Assembly: GCA_963779415.1 (NCBI GenBank)
Contig: CAVZYA010000003.1
Span: forward strand, 1,617-65,616
DNA from: an uncultured Acidobacteriota bacterium
Lineage (GTDB): Bacteria; Acidobacteriota; Thermoanaerobaculia; UBA5066
Direction: 5' to 3'
DNA: 64,000 bases
Both the position numbers and the translations under genes were made by a program. Positions 8,504 to 17,000 of this stretch are shown one piece after another. Below the pieces are notes generated by a model. That model was not told the DNA's origin and did not search any database. It was given only the letters and a program-made list of their open reading frames with translations. The first letter of the stretch is position 1, and each line of letters begins with the position of its first letter.

Positions 8504-8770
8504 ATGAGGAAAAGCCGGTACACGGAAGAACAGATCGCGGTGGCCCTGCGTCAGGGAGAAGCGGGGACGCCGGTGGAGGAGATCTGCCGGAAGATGGGCG
8601 TGGCTGAGGCGACGTACTTTCGGTGGAAGAAGAAGTACGCGGGGCTTGGGGTGACGGAGCTTCGGGAGCTGCGCCAGATCCGGGAGGAGAACCGGAAGCT
8701 GAAGGGGATCGTGGCGGACCTGACGCTGGACCGGACGATTCTGCAGGAGGCCCTCCGAAAAAAATGGTGA
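8504..8770 (+). CDS. IS3-family transposase OrfA (HTH)
   Basis: MRKSRYTEEQIAVALRQGEAGTPVEEICRKMGVAEATYFRWKKKYAGLGVTELRELRQIREENRKLKGIVADLTLD is a classic IS3/IS407 OrfA. Confidence 0.9.
   Translation: MRKSRYTEEQIAVALRQGEAGTPVEEICRKMGVAEATYFRWKKKYAGLGVTELRELRQIREENRKLKGIVADLTLDRTILQEALRKKW
8758..8764 (+). promoter_or_regulatory. A7 slippery run for programmed -1 frameshifting from orfA into orfB
   Basis: cgaaaaaaatgg. orfA reads R-K-K-W-stop, while the -1 frame reads ...PKKMVRPAQRRVVVAW... and continues as OrfB. Confidence 0.7.
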
Positions 8771-9638
8771 GGCCCGCGCAACGCCGGGTGGTCGTGGCGT
8801 GGGCCGAGTCCTCGTACCGGGTTTCGCAGTGTCGAGCATGCCGGCTTTTGGCGGTGAATCGGTCGAGCGTGCGGTACCGAAGCCGAAAGCCGAGCCAGGA
8901 GCCGCTGAGAAGGCGACTGCGGGAGCTTGCGGGGGCCCGGACACACGCGGGGTATCGGCAGCTGCACGTCTACCTCAGGAGGGAGGGCTGGAAGATCAAC
9001 CACAAGAGGACCTACCGGCTCTACATCGAGGAAGGGCTGGGGCTGCGGCGAAAGCGGCCGAAGCGGCGGCGGAGTGCGGCCGAAGGGTGGAGCAGCCGAA
9101 GCCTCAGAGGCCGAATGAAACCTGGGCGATGGACTTCATGCACGACACGCTGGCCGACGGCGGCCGCCTGAGGGTGTTGACTGTCATCGACACGTACACG
9201 CGGGAATGTGTCGCCCTCGAAGCGGCGTCGTCCTTCCGCCGAGGAGACGTCGCGAAGATCCTGGGAACTGCCGGCAGGACCCGTGGCAGTCTGCCTCGGC
9301 GAATCCAGGTTGATAACGGGACGGAGTTCACCTCGAAGGCCCTGGACGCCTGGGCTTACTGGAATCACGTGGAGCTGGTCTTCTCGAGGCCTGGGAAGCC
9401 GGTCGACAACGCCTACGCCGAGTCCTTCAACGCCACGGTCAGACGAGAGTGCCTCTCACAGCATTGGTTCCGAGACCTCCTGGATGCCCGGGAGATCCTC
9501 GGAAGGTGGAAGGAGGAGTACAACAACGAGCGGCCCCACAGCAGCCTGGGGCTCGAAACGCCGGCCCGGTACCGGGCCGGACAAACAGAGGACGCGAACC
9601 GGATCGAAGCCCGAAAACTCGCAGAGCTACCTGGCTAG
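8764..9638 (+). pseudogene. IS3-family transposase OrfB (DDE integrase core) with one extra frameshift near 9083-9087
   Basis: The N-terminal part (...YRLYIEEGLGLRRKRPKRRRSAAE) is in one frame. The catalytic part (RVEQPKPQRPNETWAMDFMHD...VDNGTEFTS...NERPHSSLG) is in another. The junction gccgaagggtgg would be restored by one extra A (gaa agg gtg). Confidence 0.75.
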
Positions 9639-9732
9639 AAATGGGGTGAGGACCCAAGGGCTCAAGTCACACGCCCCAAGTGGCTCATCTTTGGGGAGCA
9701 GGTCGCCGAGCGTCACACCCTACCGGCCCTCG

Positions 9733-11310
9733 TCAGTATGCGTCACCCGTGTCTCCATGCTCGAGTATCAGCGGATAGCCGGAGTTCGCTGTTGCCTGTC
9801 CGGTGATGTTGTCGATCATGGTTGTCATGGCGAGAAGGTTGGGGTGGTCGCTCACGCCGGGATACCTCGGGACGCTGATCTTGAGTCGTCCGCTTCCGAG
9901 ATGGCATTGCGTGAGGATGTGGTTGACTTGCGTCATTTCCAACGTCCGCAGGCTAAGATTGATGGTACCTGCTTGGTTACCGTCGTCGTCGTATGCCGTG
10001 ATGGTGACCGGTTGGCTCTTGATGCGCTCGTTCGCATTAAGAAGCGTGAGGTTCGTGCGGTAGTTATCGTCTTCTCGCAGGCCGTTGATGCTCAGGACGA
10101 TGTGCTCGGTCGTGTCGCTCGCGTCGTTATTCCTGTTCGTTGCGCCTGTCGTGAGAGCCGGGATGTTGACTCCTGTCGTGCCGAGGTCGCTGCTGTCCTT
10201 CGTGATGGTGTTGTAGGTGCGCGTCGCGGCGTGGAGTGGGTGCGAACTCTGTAATCGCAGGGCGCCGTACTGGCCTGGCGTGGAAAGGTAAGTGCCGACG
10301 ACGTCGTCGAGCGAACGCTGCTCTTGACTGTTGAGGACGATGAACCGTGGTGTCGCTGTGCTGTTGTCGTTGTTCGCCACGAGGAGTGTCGTGGCGAGCT
10401 GCACGTTGTCGTCAAAGGTGCTGTTCAGGGTGATGCTGGTCTTCCAGGTCGTGTTGTCCGCGCCCGCCGTGTTCGCGGTCGTGACGACCCACTGGTCCGT
10501 GCTGGAGGGGCTACGGCTGAATGGGCTGTTGACCGTGGGCGCGTTGCTCTTGTTGTCGTTGATGCTGATGTAAGCGCCAACGCCGCCGTTCGTCACGTCC
10601 AGGTCAACATAACTGTCAGGCCATCCCGTCCCGAAGAACGTGGTCATGCTCTGCTGCAAGACGCTCCACGGACCCAGCGTGACCGTCTTCGTGCTCAGAG
10701 CGTTGCCCATGTTGTCACGGAGCCTGGCCGTGATCGTGCTGGCCTGGTCGGTCGTGAAGAAGGTGATGTTCTGACGGAAGTCGACGGTGCCCGGCGCCCC
10801 ACTCACACGAGCCGGCACGGTCTGGTTCAGGAGACCGGTCGACGGAATCGTCGGGATAGTGCTCCCGAGCGTGCCGCCAAGCAACGGGCTCCCCGCGTCC
10901 GTCACGAGGTTATACGTACGCGCTCGCGCCTCAAGGTCGGCCGGGTCTTGATTCGTCGTGACGGTCACGACACCGAACGTACCGGGCTTGTTGAAGAGCG
11001 TGAGCGCGATGTCGGAGAAGTGCACGGACTGGCCTGACGTGATTGTCGGAAGAGCGACGCAGTCCCGCGAGCCCGTGTTACTGGCGTAGCAGAGCGTGAG
11101 GGCGGCGTCGACGTCATGATTCGTGATGTCGAGGTCTGTCTGCCAGTGACTCCCCTTCTGGCCGGGCGTGTTCGCGACGCCAGGAAGGAGATAGTCGACC
11201 CTGGCGGGGGGCACGACCTGAGCACGAGCCTCGATAGGAAGAGAAGCGAAGCCGGGTAAGACGGTGATGACGACGAAATGAACGGCGGCAGCGCGCGTAA
11301 GAATCATCAC
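9733..11310 (-). CDS. Secreted protein of unknown function built from three copies of an uncharacterised domain of about 150-170 aa
   Basis: Signal peptide MMILTRAAAVHFVVITVLPGFASLPIEARAQ. Recurrent motifs are HWQTDLDITN, ARTYN, RTNLTLLN and a D/N-rich end. GC is visibly lower than in the core genes. Confidence 0.8.
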   Translation of the reverse strand: MMILTRAAAVHFVVITVLPGFASLPIEARAQVVPPARVDYLLPGVANTPGQKGSHWQTDLDITNHDVDAALTLCYASNTGSRDCVALPTITSGQSVHFSDIALTLFNKPGTFGVVTVTTNQDPADLEARARTYNLVTDAGSPLLGGTLGSTIPTIPSTGLLNQTVPARVSGAPGTVDFRQNITFFTTDQASTITARLRDNMGNALSTKTVTLGPWSVLQQSMTTFFGTGWPDSYVDLDVTNGGVGAYISINDNKSNAPTVNSPFSRSPSSTDQWVVTTANTAGADNTTWKTSITLNSTFDDNVQLATTLLVANNDNSTATPRFIVLNSQEQRSLDDVVGTYLSTPGQYGALRLQSSHPLHAATRTYNTITKDSSDLGTTGVNIPALTTGATNRNNDASDTTEHIVLSINGLREDDNYRTNLTLLNANERIKSQPVTITAYDDDGNQAGTINLSLRTLEMTQVNHILTQCHLGSGRLKISVPRYPGVSDHPNLLAMTTMIDNITGQATANSGYPLILEHGDTGDAY

Positions 11311-11402
11311 GTTCTCCGAGGCAGACGGAACGGAATATACGCGATCGCGCGTTCGGCTCGTGAGAGCCGGGAACCTGGTGCGGTCGGTATGACCTTCTCA
11401 CT

Positions 11403-11535
11403 GTAGGGGCGCAATGGGAATTGCCGGCGGCTATCCCGTCTAGAAAGTGCGGCTCTGTCCCGAGTTTCCTCGGTTCCGTCCGGCCAGACTGGCATTCTGC
11501 CCGTACGGGGACCCTTCATGCGCTCTTCTTGCCAG
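11403..11535 (+). repeat. Repeat family A, copy A2
   Basis: ctgtaggggcgcaatgggaattgccgg...ggttccgtccggccagactggcattctgcccg aligns with A1, A3 and A4. Confidence 0.8.
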
Positions 11536-11757
11536 GGCTGGCGATGAGATCACCTTCGTCCGGCGGCGGGGCCGCCAGCGTGTCCATTAGAAAACCAAGA
11601 CTCTGCAATCTCGGTCCTCAGAATCGCCTTCGAACGCGGAGACAAGCACCTCCTGCCCACCGTCCCTGCTTGAGGCTGATAGCATTGAACCGGAGTTCCT
11701 GTCACGCATGAGCCATCTCATCAAGGACAAGAAAAGGCTCATCGCCCGGCTGATCCC

Positions 11758-12495
11758 GTGAAGTTCGCCTTGCTTCTTCTCGGAAGCGTAGTTGCGGCGC
11801 GGGCCGCGGTCGCCCCCCCGGCGGTCGGGACACCTGTCCTCGTCGAGCTCTTCACGTCGGAAGGCTGTTCAAGCTGCCCGCCCGCGGACCGGCTCCTCGC
11901 GCGCCTCGCCGCGAAACAGCCGGTTCCCGGTGCGCTCGTCGTGCCGCTCTCCCTCCACGTCGACTACTGGAACCGCCTCGGCTGGGAAGATCCTTTCTCG
12001 TCGCAGCGTTACACAGAGCGCCAGAGCGCCTACTCCGCGCACTTCGGCGGCTCTGGCCGCGTCTACACGCCGCAGATGATCGTGGACGGCTGGACGGAAT
12101 TCGTCGGAAGCGACGAGCGCGCCGCGCGGCGCGCGATCGAGGCCGCCGCCCACGAGCCGAAGGCATTCGTCCGGGTCGCTCCGAACGGCGCGGGCGCCGT
12201 GTGCGTGACTGTCTCGGGTGCCGAGGCCGGGGCCGACGTCCTCGTTGCGGTCATCGAGGACGGCCTCGCCTCAGACGTCACGCGCGGCGAGAACGCCGGG
12301 AAGCGGCTCGTGCAAGCTGCCGTTGCGCGTGAGCTCCACGTTGCCGGCAGGGTCGACGCAGCGGGCCACTTTGACGCCGTGGTGCGCGTCTCGAGCGGAG
12401 CGGGCGAACGCCGCGTCCTCGCGTTCGCGCAGGAGCGTGGCCTCGGCCGCGTCATCGGCACCTCGGTACCAGCAGACCTCCCGCCAGGACGCTGA
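11758..12495 (+). CDS. DUF1223 family (thioredoxin-like fold) secreted protein
   Basis: GTG start and a signal peptide. VLVELFTSEGCSSCPPADRLL...HVDYWNRLGWEDPF...YTPQMIVDG is characteristic of DUF1223. Confidence 0.85.
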   Translation: MKFALLLLGSVVAARAAVAPPAVGTPVLVELFTSEGCSSCPPADRLLARLAAKQPVPGALVVPLSLHVDYWNRLGWEDPFSSQRYTERQSAYSAHFGGSGRVYTPQMIVDGWTEFVGSDERAARRAIEAAAHEPKAFVRVAPNGAGAVCVTVSGAEAGADVLVAVIEDGLASDVTRGENAGKRLVQAAVARELHVAGRVDAAGHFDAVVRVSSGAGERRVLAFAQERGLGRVIGTSVPADLPPGR

Positions 12496-12515
12496 CTATT
12501 CGGAACCGGAAATCT

Positions 12516-12640
12516 GTAGGGGCGCAATGGGAATTGCCGGGGCTACCTGGCGTAGAAGTGCGGCCCTATCCTCTGGTCTCCTCGATTGCGCCCGGCCAGG
12601 TTGTCATTCTGCCCGGTCGGAGGTTCTCCACAGAGGCTCG
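12516..12640 (+). repeat. Repeat family A, copy A3
   Basis: gtaggggcgcaatgggaattgccgggg...ggccaggttgtcattctgcccgg starts 20 bp after the stop of 11758..12495. Confidence 0.8.
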
Positions 12641-12738
12641 CCACAGATTTCCCCACAGTCGGGCGAAACTAAGATTGCATCGGGCGTGAGTTTCTGAACC
12701 AAAAATGACTGCCGACCTGTTGGCCGGCAGCCGGATAA

Positions 12739-12882
12739 GTAGTGGCTCCCCAGTCGGTCGGCTGTGCGAACCGTGTTCTCTGTCTTTAGAGCTGAAATTC
12801 AACTCGTTCTCAGTCCAGAACCGTCTTCTGAATTAATGGGTTGCCCCGAAGTGTGCGGAGTCTCTGTGATACTGCTACCCCA
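12739..12882 (+). repeat. Repeat family B, copy B2 (144 nt)
   Basis: See B1. The homology continues more weakly to the shared gggcagaac motif at 12924-12932 (7609-7617 at the first locus). Confidence 0.7.
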
Positions 12883-12971
12883 GAACAGCGAAGGGCCCTG
12901 AAGTAGGCCGACGTGCGCCCGCCGGGCAGAACCTCAAAGGCGAAATGCTGGTCTTCGAGGGCCAGGACGAA

Positions 12972-12993
12972 CCGCAATACCCTTCGCCCTCCC
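12972..12993 (-). repeat. Degenerate inverted copy of the family-A terminus; possible right end of a composite A3-B2 element
   Basis: The reverse complement gggagggcgaagggtattgcgg matches the consensus gtaggggcgcaatgggaattgccgg at about 17 of 25 positions with 3 gaps. It is preceded (as the reverse complement of 12925-12970) by a diverged inverted piece of the A core (cggttcgtcctggcc...ttctgcccgg). Confidence 0.4.
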
Positions 12994-13127
12994 TTAATGA
13001 GCTGGTTAGGAAAGCCGCCGGCGGCGATGGGCTGCGGCGAAATCGGAACGCCGGATCGGACACGCCCCCGAATCCGCCCATCAAGGCGGCAATGGACCTG
13101 ATGTAGCCTTGAAAGGGGGGATTCACG

Positions 13128-15863
13128 ATGATGTCCACGAGGACGAGAAGGGGCAGCGTACCCTGCGATAGCCTAGCGGTCGTCGGTTGCATGGCCCTAG
13201 GGCTCGTCAACTTCTCTGCTCAGGCTCAGAAGAGCGCCACGAAGCTGGTTCCGATCGTCCTGGACCTGACGACGACGAGCCCCGCCGAGCACTTCCTCAG
13301 CGAGCTGACCCTGGCCAACCGCGGCACGACGACGGCGTCCGTCCTGCTCACCTACACGCCGGCGACGGCCCTCGGCGCCTCCGGCGCCGGCACCGCCAGC
13401 CTCTCCCTTTCCGCCGGGCAGCAGTTCGTCGTCTCCGACGCCATCGGCTTCCTCCGGAGCAAGGGGCTCGCGATCCCGACACCGTCCGCAAGCCAGGGAG
13501 GAACTCTTCTCGTCTCCTTCACGGGCCTCTCTTCTTCGGACGCCGCCTTTGCCGGAGCACGGACGACGACTCCTTCCGGTACCGGAAGAGCCGGCCTCGC
13601 CTACCCCGGCGTCGATCTCTCCGCCGCCCCCACCGGTCCGTCGTACCTTTACGGCCTTCGCGCCAGCACGACGGATCGGACGAATCTCGCCCTCGTCAAC
13701 GCCGGGAGCGCCCCCGTCACGCTCCGCGTCACCCTCTTCTCCGCCGACGCCGGCGACAACCGCTCCTACGTCATCTCCCCCGACACGTCTCTCGACCCCG
13801 GCCAGTGGACCCAGATCGGCCACATCCTCGACAAGGCCGGCTACACCAACGGCTACGCCAAGGTCGAGATCGTCTCGGGCGCGGGGCCTTACGTGGCCTA
13901 TGCCGTCTTCAACGACTTCACCACCAATGACGGCTCCTACGTCCCCCTCGAGCCGGCCTCTATGCCCGCTGAGATGCGGCTCCTCCCGGTCCTCACCGAG
14001 AGCGGCTCCTTCCAGAGCGAGCTGGTCCTGACGAACCCGGCGAGCGTCCCACGGACCGCCACGCTCTCTTACGTCGAGTCGCACTCCCCGTCGGGCGGAG
14101 CTGGAGGAACGCTCACGCTCAACTTCCAGTCGGGGGAGCAGAAGATCATCCCCGGCGCGATCGACTACCTCCGCCAGAACCACGTCGCCATCGGGGCCAA
14201 GGGAGCGGCGACGTATGCCGGAGCGCTCTCCGTCACTTTCTACAATGGCTCGAGCGTCTCCACCGGCTTCGTCGGAGCCCGGACGGCCGCCCCCGTCGCC
14301 GGCACTCCTCCCGGTGAATATGGCCTCTTCTACGCCGGCGTCGGCCCCAGCTTCGCCGCGACCTTCGAAGCCTGGGTCTACGGCCTCGAGCAGAACAGCG
14401 GTAACCGCTCGAACCTCGCCGTCGCGAACCTCGGGGACGCCGGCGACTCGATCACGTACCGGATCGACGTCTACGACGGAAACACGGGGCTGCTGGCAGG
14501 CTCGACGGCCCCGGCCCCTCTCGGCCCGGGGGGCTGGGCGCAGGTCAACGGAATCTTGCACAGCTCGGGCCTCAACGTGGCCGGCGGCTACGCCCACGTC
14601 GTGAAGCTCTCCGGCAACAGCCGCTTCCTCGCCTACGCCGTCGTCAACGACGGCGGCGCCGCAGGCCAGGGAACCTCCGACGGAAGCTACGTCGCCGGGA
14701 TCCCGGTCGCCCCGATTGCCTCTTTCTCGGTGGGGCCCGACATCACGCTGACGTACCCGAGCCTCCCCGTTCTCTCCGACGAGCACACGACCGTGATGCC
14801 GTCCCCGACGACACCGGGCTCGTACCTCGTCTTCGCCGCGAACACGCGGAACGCCAACGGCCTCGCGGGGGCCGTCGTCCTCGAGACGACCGACCTCCGG
14901 ACGTTCACGTTCGCAACCGGCTACACGTCACCCGTGATGACCGCCGCGTGGCCCTTCATGACCTGCAAGGCGTTCTGGGACCCCGAATTCGACCTGAACT
15001 ACGCCTCGCCCGGCTCGGTCGTGCAGGACCCGACGCGCCCGGCCGGGAACTTCATCATGATCTACGAGGCCGAGAACCACTGCCCCGGCGCCGTCTGGCA
15101 GCACGACTTCTACGCCACGGTGGGGTTCGCCCGGTCGTCGGACTACGGAAAGAGCTGGCCGCAGCCCGTCGACGCGGAGATGGGCGGGACGGACCGCTAC
15201 CCCGTCCTGAAGCACCCGACGCCCGAGCCGTCGACCCCCGAGAGCCCGCAGGTCGCGCTGGGCAACGCGATCCCGAGCGCCTTCGTCGACGGGACGAATC
15301 TCTACGTCACGTATGCGGCGCCGAACCCGACTTCCGACGGGATGGTCCGGATGGCGCGGACGGCGCTGGGCGGGAGCGGCACGATCGCCTTTTCGAAGTG
15401 GTACGAGGGCTCCTTCGGCCAGCCCGGCCTCGGGGGCCTCGACAGCGCCGTCCTCCCCGCCAAAGGGTGCACCGGGCACCAAGGGATGGGCCAGGTCAGC
15501 TACAACGACGCGCTCGGCCTCTACCTCTTCACGTTCGTCTGCTCGGGCACGAGCGCGGGCGCCTGGTACTACTCGACGGCGACGAGCCTCGACCACCAGA
15601 ACTGGGCGGCACCGCAGATGATCGACGGCTCGCAGTACCCGATCGTCTCGGGCTGCGCCACGGACGGGACCGGCACGTCGTTCGACGGGTGGTATCCGTC
15701 GTTCGTCTCCCCCGGGACCCCGGCGGGCCACACGTCGACGTCCGGGTCGGTCCTCTACATGAGCGGCTGCGACCGTGGGAGCCGGACCTTTCTCGCGAGG
15801 TCATTCACGATCGCATCGCCTCCGCGGCCGTCGGCCGTGGCCGATAAGCCCCCGGAGCAGTGA
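13128..15863 (+). CDS. Large secreted protein with three copies of the same uncharacterised domain as 9733..11310, plus a C-terminal domain of about 370 aa of unknown function
   Basis: A good SD (aaagggggg) precedes ATG, and there is a signal peptide. Recurrent motifs are LSELTLANRGTT, GARTTTP, DRTNLALVNAG and YAVFNDFTTNDGSYV. The C-terminal region is rich in W, Y and G with no family I can name. Confidence 0.85.
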   Translation: MMSTRTRRGSVPCDSLAVVGCMALGLVNFSAQAQKSATKLVPIVLDLTTTSPAEHFLSELTLANRGTTTASVLLTYTPATALGASGAGTASLSLSAGQQFVVSDAIGFLRSKGLAIPTPSASQGGTLLVSFTGLSSSDAAFAGARTTTPSGTGRAGLAYPGVDLSAAPTGPSYLYGLRASTTDRTNLALVNAGSAPVTLRVTLFSADAGDNRSYVISPDTSLDPGQWTQIGHILDKAGYTNGYAKVEIVSGAGPYVAYAVFNDFTTNDGSYVPLEPASMPAEMRLLPVLTESGSFQSELVLTNPASVPRTATLSYVESHSPSGGAGGTLTLNFQSGEQKIIPGAIDYLRQNHVAIGAKGAATYAGALSVTFYNGSSVSTGFVGARTAAPVAGTPPGEYGLFYAGVGPSFAATFEAWVYGLEQNSGNRSNLAVANLGDAGDSITYRIDVYDGNTGLLAGSTAPAPLGPGGWAQVNGILHSSGLNVAGGYAHVVKLSGNSRFLAYAVVNDGGAAGQGTSDGSYVAGIPVAPIASFSVGPDITLTYPSLPVLSDEHTTVMPSPTTPGSYLVFAANTRNANGLAGAVVLETTDLRTFTFATGYTSPVMTAAWPFMTCKAFWDPEFDLNYASPGSVVQDPTRPAGNFIMIYEAENHCPGAVWQHDFYATVGFARSSDYGKSWPQPVDAEMGGTDRYPVLKHPTPEPSTPESPQVALGNAIPSAFVDGTNLYVTYAAPNPTSDGMVRMARTALGGSGTIAFSKWYEGSFGQPGLGGLDSAVLPAKGCTGHQGMGQVSYNDALGLYLFTFVCSGTSAGAWYYSTATSLDHQNWAAPQMIDGSQYPIVSGCATDGTGTSFDGWYPSFVSPGTPAGHTSTSGSVLYMSGCDRGSRTFLARSFTIASPPRPSAVADKPPEQ

Positions 15864-15919
15864 GCGAAAGGAGCACGGGGATGACCGACAGCGCGATGAG
15901 GTCCGGCTTGATCTGGTCT

Positions 15920-16257
15920 GCAGGGGCGCAATGGAAATTGCCGGAACTATCTCGCCTAGGAATTGCGGTCCTGTCCTCCGGCTTCCTCGGTTCCGTCCGG
16001 CCAGACTTGCGTTCAGCCCGGACGGGGGCTCTCCATGCATTTCTTCCGGAACCGTCGACTCCGCTGTCCCGGCGATCCCGGCGGGGGCCGTTCGGTCCAT
16101 CCGGGAGAGCCTGCCGGTTCTCTTTGGGAACACCGAATAGAGCCTAAACGGGACCCGGTCGGAGCGAAGACTCGAAAAGCTGAACCTGTGTCCAATAAGG
16201 GTCCCTACCACGCCTTTCGCCTTTTCGCGCTCGTCGCAATTTCCATTGCGCCCCTAC
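15920..16257 (+). mobile_element. Family A copy A4: 338-bp MITE-like element with 22-bp terminal inverted repeats
   Basis: The left end is gcaggggcgcaatggaaattgc (15920-15941). The right end gcaatttccattgcgcccctac (16236-16257) is its reverse complement with 1 mismatch. No ORF lies inside. Confidence 0.8.
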
Positions 16258-16279
16258 AATCTATGGCACCATCTCACGT

Positions 16280-16927
16280 ATGACAACGATCGGACTCATC
16301 GGAGCGGGCCACATCGGAAGCCAGGTCGCGCGCCTCGCAGTGGCGCACGGCTACAACGTGGTGATCAGCAACTCGCGGGACCCCGGGACGCTCGCGGCGT
16401 TCGTGAACGAGCTCGGCCCCAGAGCCCGTGCCGCGACACCGGTCGAGGCGGCGAAGAAGGGAGACATCGTCGTGGTGACGATCCCCCTCAAGAACATCCG
16501 CAGCGTTCCCGTGGAGCCCCTGGCCGGAAAGGTGGTAATCGACACGAACAATTACTACCCGCAGCGCGACGGGCAGATCCCCGAGCTCGACGACGAGGTG
16601 ACGACCACGTCGGAACTCTTGCAAGCCCACCTTCCGAAATCGAAGGTGGTCAAGGCCTTCAACCAAATCTATGCCGCAGAGCTCACGACCCACGGGCAAC
16701 CCGCGGGCACTCCGAACCGCCGCGCTCTGGTCATCGCGGGCGACGACCCGTTAGCGAAGGCCACCGTCAGCGAGATGCTCGACGCGTTCGGCTTCGACAC
16801 GGTCGATGCGGGTCCGCTGAAGGAAGGCTGGCGCATCCAGCGCGACACGCCTGGCTACGGACCACGGCGCAACGCCGAGGAACTGCGGAAGGACCTCGCG
16901 GCGGCGAAGCGCTATCGGGACCGGTGA
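16280..16927 (+). CDS. NADPH-dependent F420 reductase-like / NAD(P)-binding oxidoreductase
   Basis: MTTIGLIGAGHIGSQVARLAVAHGYNVVISNSR is a Rossmann GxGxxG motif. The ...VVKAFNQIYAAEL...GDDPLAKATVSEMLDAFGFDTVDAGPL pattern is typical of the NpdG/F420-reductase family. Confidence 0.8.
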   Translation: MTTIGLIGAGHIGSQVARLAVAHGYNVVISNSRDPGTLAAFVNELGPRARAATPVEAAKKGDIVVVTIPLKNIRSVPVEPLAGKVVIDTNNYYPQRDGQIPELDDEVTTTSELLQAHLPKSKVVKAFNQIYAAELTTHGQPAGTPNRRALVIAGDDPLAKATVSEMLDAFGFDTVDAGPLKEGWRIQRDTPGYGPRRNAEELRKDLAAAKRYRDR

Positions 16928-17000
16928 CGCGATCTCCCGGCACGGCAGAGACGGAGAAGGTCTCGCGGTGATCTGGGCTCCCTAGACGGTACCCGGGAGT

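Larger units (their letters stand above)
8411..9700 (+). mobile_element. IS3-family (IS407-group-like) insertion sequence, 1290 bp
   Basis: The termini are TG...CA: tgatcccc... on the left and ...ggggagca on the right, with imperfect inverted repeats. GGTC is duplicated at 8407-8410 and 9701-9704. orfA and orfB show an A7 -1 slippery site and a DDE-type C-terminus. Confidence 0.85.

Noticed and set aside
12875-13210. 111-aa minus-strand ORF upstream of, and overlapping, the start of 13128..15863
   Set aside because: It overlaps the well-supported + strand gene start and the degenerate repeat end, has no SD, and has a low-complexity composition.
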